DNA of 64,000 nucleotides from Burkholderiales bacterium (lineage in GTDB: Bacteria; Pseudomonadota; Gammaproteobacteria; Burkholderiales; SG8-39), in the NCBI GenBank assembly GCA_041617635.1, contig JBFJOO010000001.1, positions 11,819 through 75,818 on the forward strand. The letters run 5' to 3'. The notes under the pieces are model-generated. The model worked only from the letters and a program-made list of their open reading frames with translations. It did no database searches and had not been told where the DNA came from. The position numbers and the translations under genes were made by a program. The stretch's first letter is position 1, and every line of letters starts with the position of its first letter. Positions 28,788 to 37,950 of the stretch are shown one piece after another.

Positions 28788-30572
28788 CTATTTTCGCGGC
28801 GGGATCACCGGCAGCATCACCCAAGCGTCCACTTTACCGCCGGTGTGCAGCGTGACCTTTCCGTCAAAGATCGCGGGGGGGCGGTCGCGCGCGTCGTTGT
28901 GCATGAATGGCCCCACGCCGGTGAACTCGTTCTTCATGTTGGAGAGCTTGCCGCCGGAGCCCCCCGGATACACGTAGTCCTTGCCGCGCACCGTGAGCGC
29001 GATGCGGTAGCCGGCCGGCACGACGATGCAGGTCGGCCAGATCTCGATGTCGAGCTCGTAGATCTGACCCGGCTTGAGCGGCTGCTTCTTATCGTGAGTG
29101 TGATACGGGCGATAGGGTAGCGAGCGCTTTGCGTCGAGCTTGCGGTGCGACGCGCGCAGCCAGCCCTGCGCGATCGGCGTGTGCGGGTCGAGCGCGCCCT
29201 GGAAGACGACCTCCTTCAGGTTCGGATCGAAGACCCGCAGGACCAGGAACAGGTCCGCGTCCACCGTCGACGAGGAGACGAAAAGCTTCGCCGCGATCGG
29301 CCCGGTGAGCTCGGTCTCCTGCTCGAGGGGGGGCAGGAAGAATGTTGCGCCATCGCTCAGCCCTCGGTAGGTCAGCTTTCCCGACGCCGAGACGGGCTGG
29401 CGTTGCAGCGATTGGTCGCGCGCGTCGAGATGCAGCTTGGTCCACCGCGTGCGGGCGAGCGGCCATTCGTTCTCTGCCCGGGGCTCGAACTTCTCGCCGG
29501 GGTGGCGGACCTGCAGCGCCACGCGCGGCTGCTTGTCCCAGCCGGTTTTCTCTCCCTTGAGGAAATGGCCGAAAAATTTCTTTTGCAGACCGACGCCGTA
29601 GTCGGTGTAGAAATGCGTCCAGTGTTCGATGCCGTGCATCTCGAGCCATTTCTGCTTCGCGGCGGCATTCACGAACCCCTCGATGTTGCCGCGCGGATGC
29701 AGCCCCTGCCCGCCCCAGTTGCCGGCCGAGAAGAGCGGCGTCTTCACCTTGGACCAATCCGGCGAGCGCGATTTCCAGAACTTGTCGTCGAGCGCGTGCG
29801 CGAGCGTCTCCGCGCCGAAATCGAAGCGGTTCGCGCCCAGCTCCTCCTCGGTGAGCGTCGCAGGACCGGCTACCCAGTCGCCGGTCAGCGGGCTGCGGAA
29901 GCCGCGCGTGCCGAGACCGTGCTGGACGCTCTTAACCTGCATGTCGTACCAGTTGCCGCAGAACGTGTTCAGGATGCCGCCGTGATGGCTCAGGTCGCGG
30001 TAGAAATCGGCCGCCCCCTCCCAAATACACATTGCCGCGAGGTGCTTGGGCGCGAGACACGCGACCTGCCACTGGTTCATCGCGTAGTAGGAGATCCCGT
30101 TTAATCCGACCTTGCCGTTCGACCACGGCTGGACGCCTGCCCAGTCGATGCAAAGGGCGAAGTCCTGCGTCTCGCGCGGGCTCCAGAGCTCGATGTACCC
30201 TGGCGAGCGTCCGCAGCCGCGCGAGTCGACGCGTACGCAGGCGTAGCCGTCGGGCACCCATTTCTCCGGGTCGACGACTTCCCATGCTTGGTACTTGTTG
30301 GTCGAACCCGCAGGCACGTCGGGATGCTGCTCGACCATGCGGTCCCAGCATGTCTTGTAGAGCTGCTCGAAGTGCAGATATTTCGCGTAGGGACCGTAGC
30401 TGATGATGACCGGGTACTTGCCGGCCTTGATCGGTCGGTAGACGTCCGCGCGCAGCACAATGCCGTCATCCATCCGGATCGGCACATCCCAATCGATCGT
30501 CATGCCATCGCGAATCTCGGTCACGTAGGGCGCTTCGGTCTTGTTCGGACGCTTTTTTCCGGATGCGCTCAT
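28788..30572 (-). CDS. CocE/NonD family hydrolase (S15 X-Pro dipeptidyl-peptidase-like alpha/beta hydrolase)
   Basis: Family pattern RADVYRP...YPVIISYGPY, nucleophile elbow NGISYYA, and a C-terminal jelly-roll-like domain. GGGAGGAG RBS before ATG 30572. Confidence 0.82.
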   Translation of the reverse strand: MSASGKKRPNKTEAPYVTEIRDGMTIDWDVPIRMDDGIVLRADVYRPIKAGKYPVIISYGPYAKYLHFEQLYKTCWDRMVEQHPDVPAGSTNKYQAWEVVDPEKWVPDGYACVRVDSRGCGRSPGYIELWSPRETQDFALCIDWAGVQPWSNGKVGLNGISYYAMNQWQVACLAPKHLAAMCIWEGAADFYRDLSHHGGILNTFCGNWYDMQVKSVQHGLGTRGFRSPLTGDWVAGPATLTEEELGANRFDFGAETLAHALDDKFWKSRSPDWSKVKTPLFSAGNWGGQGLHPRGNIEGFVNAAAKQKWLEMHGIEHWTHFYTDYGVGLQKKFFGHFLKGEKTGWDKQPRVALQVRHPGEKFEPRAENEWPLARTRWTKLHLDARDQSLQRQPVSASGKLTYRGLSDGATFFLPPLEQETELTGPIAAKLFVSSSTVDADLFLVLRVFDPNLKEVVFQGALDPHTPIAQGWLRASHRKLDAKRSLPYRPYHTHDKKQPLKPGQIYELDIEIWPTCIVVPAGYRIALTVRGKDYVYPGGSGGKLSNMKNEFTGVGPFMHNDARDRPPAIFDGKVTLHTGGKVDAWVMLPVIPPRK

Positions 30573-30659
30573 TGAAACGTCTCCTCCCTTTCTTGGATGC
30601 ACGCGGCGGACAACTGCGCGGCTACTGCGCAGGTGCAACGCGCAGTTCGCCCGTTGCAT

Positions 30660-30680
30660 TCTGCGATCTGCGATCTGCAA
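30660..30680. repeat. 3 x 7-bp tandem repeat TCTGCGA/TCTGCGA/TCTGCAA in a divergent promoter region
   Basis: Read directly from sequence. Flanked by the imperfect inverted repeat CCGTTGCATT ... AATGGCAACGG. Confidence 0.6.
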
Positions 30681-30861
30681 TGGCAACGGCGTCGTGTCAC
30701 GCGTTCTGCTGGTGCACCGCACCAAGGCGCCGCCGTCGCGCGCACCAATTTGGGGCCATCCGCCCCGTATCGGCGCGGACTAATGATCGACCGATCAGTT
30801 AACATCAGGCCGACGCCGCGCATTCCGGCGCGCCAAGTCAAGCCAAGCAAGAGGGGGCCAC

Positions 30862-32004
30862 ATGCTGTTCACCTGTCCCGGGGCCGCCGCCCGCGGGGGC
30901 GTCTCGCGCACCACGCGGGGCGCCCGTCGGCACTTCTGCATCGACATCCATTGCCACGTGATCAACCCGGCGGTGGACGAGATGGTGAAGCACGTGTTCT
31001 CGTCGGAGCGCGAGCCGGCGATGAAATTCTCCAACACGCTCACCCGCGAGACCAACCGCAAGCAGAACGAGAACATCTGGGCGTGCCTGACGACCGTCGA
31101 GCAGCGCCTGCGCGACATGGACAAGATGGGCGTGGACGTGCAGGCGATCTCGAGCTCGCCGGCCCAGTTCATGTACTGGCTCGATCCGGAGCTCGGATCG
31201 AAGACCGCGCGGGCCGTGAACGAGAATCTCGCCTCCATCGTTGCCGCTCATCCGGACCGGTTCGTGGCGCTCGCGAACGTGCCGCTGCAATCGGCCGATG
31301 CGGCCACCGACGAGCTCGAATATTGCATCAAGCGGCTCGGCTTCCGCGGCGTCGAGATCGGCACCAACATCGTCGGGCGCGAGGTCTCGCGCGGGCTCGA
31401 CAAGTTCTGGGCGAAGGTACAAGAGCTCGGCGTGATGGTGTTCATGCACCCGAACGGCTTCACGGGCGCAGAGCGGCTGACGGACCACTATTTCAACAAC
31501 GTGATCGGCAATCCGCTCGACACCACGGTCGCAGTCGGTCACCTGGTGTTCGACGGGGTTCTCGAGCGCTTTCCGAAGCTGAAGATCGTCACCGCGCACG
31601 GCGGCGGCTACATCGGGCACTATCCGGCGCGCATGGATCACGTCTGGGGCGCGCGTCCCGATGCGCGCACGCAGCTTAAGAAGAAGCCGCGCCAATCGCT
31701 CGCCAAGCTCTACTTTGATACCATCGTCTTCGATAACGATCAGCTGCGCCATCTCGTGGATCTGTGGGGCGCCGATCACATTTTGGTGGGCACCGACTAT
31801 CCTTACGACATGGGCTGGTACGATCCGCATGGATTCGTCGACGGCTGCGGGTTCCTGAAGGATGGCGACCGCGCGGCGATCAAGGGACTCAACGCGGCGA
31901 AGCTGCTCGGAATCGCCGGCCGTCTGAAAACCATGGGAATTCGCCCAGCCGTCGCCAAGACGGGAACCAAGGCCCGCGCCAAGCCGAAACGCGCGGGGCG
32001 CTGA
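30862..32004 (+). CDS. amidohydrolase_2 (ACMSD-type metal-dependent hydrolase/decarboxylase) family protein
   Basis: N-terminal metal motif IDIHCHV and later HGGG, typical of ACMSD/PicC-like enzymes. Basic K/A/R C-terminal tail. Start is uncertain. Confidence 0.8.
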   Translation: MLFTCPGAAARGGVSRTTRGARRHFCIDIHCHVINPAVDEMVKHVFSSEREPAMKFSNTLTRETNRKQNENIWACLTTVEQRLRDMDKMGVDVQAISSSPAQFMYWLDPELGSKTARAVNENLASIVAAHPDRFVALANVPLQSADAATDELEYCIKRLGFRGVEIGTNIVGREVSRGLDKFWAKVQELGVMVFMHPNGFTGAERLTDHYFNNVIGNPLDTTVAVGHLVFDGVLERFPKLKIVTAHGGGYIGHYPARMDHVWGARPDARTQLKKKPRQSLAKLYFDTIVFDNDQLRHLVDLWGADHILVGTDYPYDMGWYDPHGFVDGCGFLKDGDRAAIKGLNAAKLLGIAGRLKTMGIRPAVAKTGTKARAKPKRAGR

Positions 32005-32043
32005 CTTTATCGGAGCGGGCGAACCTGAGCCCCCTGCATCGCC

Positions 32044-32643
32044 GTGGGAATCAAGATCGAGAACGCTTTCGCCGTGCCCGCATCGATCGAGGAAGCGTGG
32101 CAAGTCCTCATCGATGTCCCGCGCGTGGTGCCTTGCATGCCCGGGACCGAGCTCACCGAGGCGCTCGACGCGCGCCGATTCCGGGCCACGGCACGCCTGC
32201 GAGTCGGGCCCGTCGAGCTGCTTTTCAAGGGCGAGGGCGAGCTGTACGACGTCGATCCGTCGGGCCACACCGCAAAGCTGCGCGCGAAGGGCAGCGACAC
32301 GAAGGGACGTGGCGCCTTTCAGACGCAGATGAATTTCGCGCTGGCGGCGCAAGGCGCCGAGACGATCGTCAGAGTGGACAGCGATCTGACCCTGTCCGGC
32401 TCGGTCGCGCAGCACGCGCGCGGCGCGGGCCTCGTGAAGGAGATGGCACAGCAGCTCTCCGGGCAGTTCGCGAAGAATCTCGCGCAATTGATCGGCGCGG
32501 CCGGCGCGCAGCAAGCGGCGCCGTCGGCGCAACCCGAGACGCCGCCTGCTCAACCGCAAAAGGCCGCAGCCGTGTCCGGCTTCGCGTTGCTCTTCGCGGC
32601 GATCCGCGCGCTGCTGCGCCGTTGGTTCGGCGCCCGGTCCTGA
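32044..32643 (+). CDS. CoxG-like SRPBCC protein with C-terminal linker and hydrophobic tail
   Basis: CoxG-like start MGIKIENAFAVPASIEEAWQVL.D...V..C.PG. C-terminus has an A/P/Q-rich linker, then VSGFALLFAAIRALLRRWF. GTG start. Confidence 0.75.
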   Translation: MGIKIENAFAVPASIEEAWQVLIDVPRVVPCMPGTELTEALDARRFRATARLRVGPVELLFKGEGELYDVDPSGHTAKLRAKGSDTKGRGAFQTQMNFALAAQGAETIVRVDSDLTLSGSVAQHARGAGLVKEMAQQLSGQFAKNLAQLIGAAGAQQAAPSAQPETPPAQPQKAAAVSGFALLFAAIRALLRRWFGARS

Positions 32644-32687
32644 ATAATCCCTTAGAGTACTAGGTCGCATCAGCGCGATTGCTTCCA

Positions 32688-33566
32688 ATGAAACCCGCTC
32701 CATTCAAGTATCACGATCCGCGGTCGGTGAAGGATCTCGTGGGGCTCATGGCGAGCCTCGAGAACGCGAAGCTCCTCGCCGGCGGCCAGTCGCTCGGGCC
32801 GATGCTCAACTTCCGTTACGTGATGCCGGATCACCTGATCGACCTCAACCGCATCCCGGAGCTCGCCTACGTCCGCGCCGGAGCGGACGCCCTGGAGATC
32901 GGGGCGATGGCCCGCCAGCGGATGCTCGAGCGCTCCGAGGACATCCGGCGCGCCTGCCCGGTGATGGCGGAGGCGTTGCATTCGGTCGGTCACTTTGCGA
33001 CCCGTAACCGGGGCACGATAGGCGGCAGTCTCTCCCACCTCGATCCGGCGGCAGAATTGCCCGGCGTCTGCGCGCTCCACGACGCCACGCTGACGGCGAC
33101 CGGACCCAAGGGCACGCGCCAGATCGCGATGACCGACTGGGGCGTGTCCTTCATGACGCCCAATCTGCAACCGGACGAGGTGCTCACCAGCGTTTCGCTC
33201 AAGACCTGGCGCGAGCCGCATGGGCACGCGTTCGTGGAGCTTGCGCGAAGGCAAGGCGACTTCGCCGTGGCAGGCGTGGGGTGCCTGATCGCGCTCGACG
33301 GAAGCGGCAAGGCGCGCCGCGTCGCGCTGGCGCTGATCGGCGTGACCAGCACGCCGGTGCGCCTTCCCGCCGCCGAGAACTCGCTCACCGGCACCGACCT
33401 CGGGGACGAAGCGATCCGGGCGGCAGCTGCGGCGATCGACGGACTCGAAGCGCTGGCGGACGCGCACGCGAGTGCGGCCTATCGCAAGCGCGTGGCGGGC
33501 GTGCTGCTCGGTCGCGCGGTCCGGCAGGCCGCCGAGCGCGCCCGGACGCGGGAGCAGCGGCAATGA
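32688..33566 (+). CDS. CoxM-like FAD-binding subunit of a molybdenum hydroxylase
   Basis: KLLAGGQSLGPMLNFR motif and a CO_deh_flav_C-like end (ASAAYRKR). ATG 32688 preferred over TTG 32679. Confidence 0.85.
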   Translation: MKPAPFKYHDPRSVKDLVGLMASLENAKLLAGGQSLGPMLNFRYVMPDHLIDLNRIPELAYVRAGADALEIGAMARQRMLERSEDIRRACPVMAEALHSVGHFATRNRGTIGGSLSHLDPAAELPGVCALHDATLTATGPKGTRQIAMTDWGVSFMTPNLQPDEVLTSVSLKTWREPHGHAFVELARRQGDFAVAGVGCLIALDGSGKARRVALALIGVTSTPVRLPAAENSLTGTDLGDEAIRAAAAAIDGLEALADAHASAAYRKRVAGVLLGRAVRQAAERARTREQRQ

Positions 33567-34045
33567 CCGATCGCCGGAAAATCGAGCTGACCGTGAACGG
33601 CGTGCGCCATGCGCGCGAGGTCGAGACGCGTCTCACGCTGGGCGACTTTCTGCGCCATGAGCTCGGCCTGACCGGAACGCACCTCGGGTGCGAGCACGGC
33701 GTTTGCGGCGCTTGCACGATCCATCTCGACGGTGAAGCGGTGCGCTCCTGCATCCTCTTCGCAGTGCAGGCGCACGGGTGCGAGGTCACGACCGTCGAAG
33801 GGCTGGCAAAATCCGACGGCACGCTGCATCCAGTCCAGCAGGCCTTTCGCGATCATCATGGCTTGCAGTGCGGCTTCTGCACGCCGGGAATGCAAATGAC
33901 GATCGCCGCATTTCTCGCCGAGAATCGCGCTCCCACGGAGCGCGAAGTGCGCGAGGCGATTTCGGGCAACCTCTGCCGCTGCACGGGCTACCAGGGCATC
34001 GTCGCGGCTGCGCTCGACGCGGCACAGAAGCTGAAGGGCGCATGA
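33563..34045 (+). CDS. CoxS-like [2Fe-2S] subunit
   Basis: CEHGVCGACTI, LQCGFCTPG and NLCRCTGY motifs. ATGA overlap with the FAD subunit. Confidence 0.93.
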   Translation: MTDRRKIELTVNGVRHAREVETRLTLGDFLRHELGLTGTHLGCEHGVCGACTIHLDGEAVRSCILFAVQAHGCEVTTVEGLAKSDGTLHPVQQAFRDHHGLQCGFCTPGMQMTIAAFLAENRAPTEREVREAISGNLCRCTGYQGIVAAALDAAQKLKGA

Positions 34046-36384
34046 GCATGGGTGCGCGAAACGTCGGTGCAATCGTCAAGCGGCTCGAGGATCCGCGTCT
34101 GGTCACCGGCCATGGCCGCTACGCGGACGACATCGTCCTGCCAGGGATGCTCGAGATGGCGTTCGTGCGCTCGTCCGAGGCGCATGCCGCGATCAAGTCG
34201 ATCGACGCTTCCGCCGCCAAGGCGATCCCGGGGGTCGTGGCCGTCTGGACCCTCGCCGATCTCGGGGCGATCGCGCAGAAGCCGATGGTGCAGTCGTATC
34301 CCAGCCCTGCCATCAAGCAGAACGTCACGCAGTACCCGCTCGCCAAGGACGAGGTGTGCTACGTCGGCGAGGCCGTCGCGGTCGTGGTCGCCGAGAATCG
34401 CTACGTTGCCGAGGATGCGGCGAGCCTCGTGACCGTGGACCTTGAATCGCTCCCGCACGTGATCGACGTGCGCGCAGCGGCCCACGCCGACGCACCCCCG
34501 GCGCACCGCGGCGGGCAGAGCAACCTGGCGGCCACCGTGGCCTGGAAGTTCGGCGACGCGCCCGCTGCGATCGCGCGCGCGCCGCACGTCTTCCGGGAAA
34601 CTTATTTCCAGCATCGCGGCGCGCCGCATTCGATCGAAGGACGCGGGGTGATCGCGCAGCACGAAGCCGCGGCCGATCAGCTCACGCTCTGGAGCTCGAC
34701 CCAGTCGCCGTTCCTCGTCCGACGCTATCTCGCGCAGTATCTGGAGCGCGAGGAGGCGGGCATCCGGGTCATCGCCCCGGACGTCGGCGGCGGATTCGGG
34801 CCCAAGGCCGGCCACTATCCCGAAGAGCTGGTCGCCGCGCTGGTGGCGATGAAGCTCGGTCGCCCGGTGAAATGGATCGAGGATCGCCGCGAGCACTTCC
34901 TCACCACGACGCAGCAACGCGACCAGTGGTGGGACGTCGAGGTGGCGTGCGAGCCGAGCGGCAAGGTGCTGGCGCTGCGCGCCAAGTGCGTTCACGACAA
35001 CGGCGCCTACCTGCCCTACGGCCTCCTGCTGCCGATGACCTCCATCGTGCCGTTTCCGGGCCCGTATGCGATTCCCGCGCTGGAGGTGACGCTCGACGTG
35101 GTGTTCACGAATGCGGTGCCGACTTCGCCGATCCGCGGCGCCGGCCGGCCCTGCGCCGCGTTCATCCTGGAGCGCACGATGGACACCGTCGCGCGGAACC
35201 TCGGGCTCGATCGCGCCGCGGTGCGCCGGACCAATTTCGTGCGCAAGGACCAGTTCCCGTACGAGACCGGCGGACGGCTCCCGACCGGGGTCACCATCCA
35301 GTACGACTCCGGTGACTACGCCGCCTGCCTGGACATGGTCACGAAGTCCTCGGGGTACGCGAAGTTCGAAGCCAAGCGCGCGGAGGCCGCACGATCCGGG
35401 CGGTGGATCGGCCTCGGGATCGCAAGCTACAACGAGGACACCGGCCTCCCGCCCTACGAGGGCGCGACCGTGAAGGTGCTGCCGAGCGGCCGCATCGCGG
35501 TCGAGCTCGGCTCCTGCTCCCAGGGCCAGGGGCTGGAGACCATCGTGGCGCAGATCGCGGCCGACCAGTTCGACGTCGATCCGCAGGACGTCATCGTCAA
35601 GACCGGCGACACGGCGTTCACGGCGATCGCGCTCTCAACGGTGGGCAGCCGCGTGGCATCGACCGCGGGTCCGAGCGTCCACCTCGCCGCAACCCAGGTG
35701 CGCGAGAAGGCGATCCGGCTCGCCGCGCTGCAGCTCGAGGCCGCCGAGCAGGATCTCGAGATCACGCGCGGTGCGGTCAATATCAAGGGCGTCGCGGATC
35801 GCAAGGTGACGCTCGGCGAACTCGCGAAGCGACTGGTCTCGAATGTCAACGTCGCGTTGCCGAACGGATTCACGCCCGGGCTCGAGGCGACCGCCTATCA
35901 CACGCCCGCGCGGCCGGTGTACGCGAACGGCTCGAACGTCGCGGAGGTCGAGGTCGACATCGAGACCGGCGCGGTCACGCTGCTCGACTACCGGGTCGCG
36001 CACGATTGCGGCACGCTGATCAACCCGATGCTGGTCGACGGGCAGATCGTGGGCGGCGTCGTGCACGGCATCGGGAACGCGCTTTTCGAGCGCATGGTGT
36101 ACGACACCGATAGCGGCCAGCCGGTCACGACGAATTTCGGCGACTACCTGCTGCCCACCGCAACCGAGATTCCGCCGATCCGCCTGGAGCACATGGAGTC
36201 GCCCTCGCCCGCCAATCCGCTCGGCGTCAAGGGCGCCGGCGAGGGCGGCACCATACCCGGCATCGCCTGCATCGTTTCGGCGATCGAGGATGCCTTGCAG
36301 CCGCTGGGCGTCAAGCTGAACGAGTATCCGCTCTCGCCTGAGCGGCTGCTGCAACTGATCGACGAGAAACGGAGCGCGAAATGA
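34042..36384 (+). CDS. CoxL-like (form II/non-CODH type) molybdopterin-binding large subunit
   Basis: 780 aa, undivided. Active-site loop reads PIRGAGRP (35128-35151), i.e. the AYRGAGR type rather than the VAYRCSFR of true CO dehydrogenase. ATGA overlap with the FeS subunit. Confidence 0.9.
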   Translation: MSMGARNVGAIVKRLEDPRLVTGHGRYADDIVLPGMLEMAFVRSSEAHAAIKSIDASAAKAIPGVVAVWTLADLGAIAQKPMVQSYPSPAIKQNVTQYPLAKDEVCYVGEAVAVVVAENRYVAEDAASLVTVDLESLPHVIDVRAAAHADAPPAHRGGQSNLAATVAWKFGDAPAAIARAPHVFRETYFQHRGAPHSIEGRGVIAQHEAAADQLTLWSSTQSPFLVRRYLAQYLEREEAGIRVIAPDVGGGFGPKAGHYPEELVAALVAMKLGRPVKWIEDRREHFLTTTQQRDQWWDVEVACEPSGKVLALRAKCVHDNGAYLPYGLLLPMTSIVPFPGPYAIPALEVTLDVVFTNAVPTSPIRGAGRPCAAFILERTMDTVARNLGLDRAAVRRTNFVRKDQFPYETGGRLPTGVTIQYDSGDYAACLDMVTKSSGYAKFEAKRAEAARSGRWIGLGIASYNEDTGLPPYEGATVKVLPSGRIAVELGSCSQGQGLETIVAQIAADQFDVDPQDVIVKTGDTAFTAIALSTVGSRVASTAGPSVHLAATQVREKAIRLAALQLEAAEQDLEITRGAVNIKGVADRKVTLGELAKRLVSNVNVALPNGFTPGLEATAYHTPARPVYANGSNVAEVEVDIETGAVTLLDYRVAHDCGTLINPMLVDGQIVGGVVHGIGNALFERMVYDTDSGQPVTTNFGDYLLPTATEIPPIRLEHMESPSPANPLGVKGAGEGGTIPGIACIVSAIEDALQPLGVKLNEYPLSPERLLQLIDEKRSAK

Positions 36385-37268
36385 GAATCGGAATACCCGG
36401 AACCGGCCGGATGGGCGCGGCGATCGCCGAGCGGCTGCTCTCCGTCGGGCATCAGGTCGCCGTCTGGAACCGCAGCCCCGAAAAGGCCAAGGCGCTCGTC
36501 GGCAAGGGAGCGAAGCTCGCGGCCACGCCCGCGGCGCTGGCGGGCGATTCGGAAGTGATCATCACGATCCTGAGCGACGGCGACGCGATCGACGCGATCT
36601 ACCGCGGGCCACAGGGCCTGCTCGCCGGCGACTGCAAGGGCAAGCTATTCATCGAGATGAGCACCGTCCGGCCGGAGGTCGAGCGCGCGCTTGCGGCCGA
36701 CGTCACCGCGAAGAGCGCCCGCATGGTCGATTGCCCGGTCGGCGGCACCATCACGCCCGCGCGGGAAGGAAAGCTGTTCGGGTTCGTCGGTGGCGACGCG
36801 GAGGACGTTGCACGGGCAAAACCGGTGCTCGACGAGATGTGCCGCCGCCACGAGCACGTCGGCGCCGTCGGCACGGGGGCGGCGATGAAGCTTGCCATCA
36901 ACCTGCCGCTGCTCGTCTGGTACCAGGCGTGCGGCGAGGCGCTCGCGATCTGCGGCCAGACCGGCGTGGACCCCGCGCGACTGATGGACATCTTCTCCGA
37001 CACATCGGGCGCGCCGACCATGCTCAAGAACCGCGCGCCGCAGATCGCCGAAGTTCTGAAGGGCGGCGAGCCGAAGGGCGTGACCATCAACGTGGATCTC
37101 GTCTGCAAGGATCTGCGCACCATGCTCGAGGAGGCGCACGCGCTCGGCACGGACCTGCCGATCGTCGCAGCCGCGCTCGAGGTCTACACGCGCGCATCGC
37201 GCGACGGCTGGGGGGCGCGCGACGTCTCGGTGCTGCCCAGCTACTGGCCCAAGCACGGAAAGGGATAA
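36381..37268 (+). CDS. NAD(P)-dependent dehydrogenase, 3-hydroxyisobutyrate/6-phosphogluconate dehydrogenase (HIBADH) family
   Basis: N-terminal Rossmann IGIPGTGRMG and a C-terminal all-helical NAD_binding_11-like domain. ATGA overlap with the large subunit. Confidence 0.85.
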   Translation: MRIGIPGTGRMGAAIAERLLSVGHQVAVWNRSPEKAKALVGKGAKLAATPAALAGDSEVIITILSDGDAIDAIYRGPQGLLAGDCKGKLFIEMSTVRPEVERALAADVTAKSARMVDCPVGGTITPAREGKLFGFVGGDAEDVARAKPVLDEMCRRHEHVGAVGTGAAMKLAINLPLLVWYQACGEALAICGQTGVDPARLMDIFSDTSGAPTMLKNRAPQIAEVLKGGEPKGVTINVDLVCKDLRTMLEEAHALGTDLPIVAAALEVYTRASRDGWGARDVSVLPSYWPKHGKG

Positions 37269-37271
37269 CGC

Positions 37272-37925
37272 ATGAAGCTCTATGGATTCTGGCGGTCGCT
37301 GGCCGCATTTCGCGTGCGCGCCGCGCTCAACATCAAGGGTGTCCCGTTCGAGGAGGCATCCGTCGATCTGACCAAAGGCGAGCAGTTCGGCGAAGGCTAC
37401 AAGGCGGTGAACCCGCAGAGCGTCCTGCCTGCGCTGATCGACGGCGACGGTCCACCGCTCTTCCAGTCGATGGCGATCCTCGAGTACATCGACGAGACCC
37501 ACCCGCAGCCGCCGCTGCTGCCAAAGGCCCCTCGGGACCGGGCGCGCGTGCGGGCCCTGGCGCTCATCGTCGTGGCCGACGCGCACCCGCTCGTGGTTCC
37601 GCGGATCCGGAATCACCTGGGCAAGACGTACAACCTCGACGAGCGCACGCGCGAGGACTGGTGTCGGCACTGGATCGCGCAGGCGTGCACCGCGCTCGAG
37701 GCGAATCTCGCGTCGGACGCGCGCACCGGCAAGTTCTGCCACGGTGACTCGCCGACCCTCGCGGACATCTGCCTCGTCGGCCACATGGCGGGCGCGAAGC
37801 TGTTCGAGGTCGACGTCAAGCCGTACCCCACGTTCAGCCGCATCAACGACGCCTGCATGGCGATCGACGCGTTCAAGCGCGCGCACCCGCTGAACCAGCC
37901 CGGCGCGCCGAAGCGCGCCGCCTGA
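37272..37925 (+). CDS. maiA: zeta-class glutathione S-transferase (maleylacetoacetate/maleylpyruvate isomerase-like)
   Basis: MKLYGFWRSLAAFRVRAALNIKG...NPQ..LPAL...LFQSMAILEYIDE matches the bacterial MaiA pattern. The physiological substrate is not determinable. Confidence 0.75.
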   Translation: MKLYGFWRSLAAFRVRAALNIKGVPFEEASVDLTKGEQFGEGYKAVNPQSVLPALIDGDGPPLFQSMAILEYIDETHPQPPLLPKAPRDRARVRALALIVVADAHPLVVPRIRNHLGKTYNLDERTREDWCRHWIAQACTALEANLASDARTGKFCHGDSPTLADICLVGHMAGAKLFEVDVKPYPTFSRINDACMAIDAFKRAHPLNQPGAPKRAA

Positions 37926-37950
37926 ACGCACGATTGGGCGCCTCTGACCA

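Noticed and set aside
30838-32703. 621-aa ORF antisense to the amidohydrolase and coxG-like genes
   Set aside because: It spans two sense genes plus their intergenic gap and has a low-complexity R/A/G/E-rich composition. The sense-strand genes have clear family motifs.
32044-36384. coxG-coxMSL set as a genuine aerobic CO dehydrogenase
   Set aside because: The large-subunit active-site loop reads PIRGAGRP (AYRGAGR type), not the VAYRCSFR signature of form I CODH. No coxDEF accessory genes are present, and the genes are embedded in a catabolic operon.
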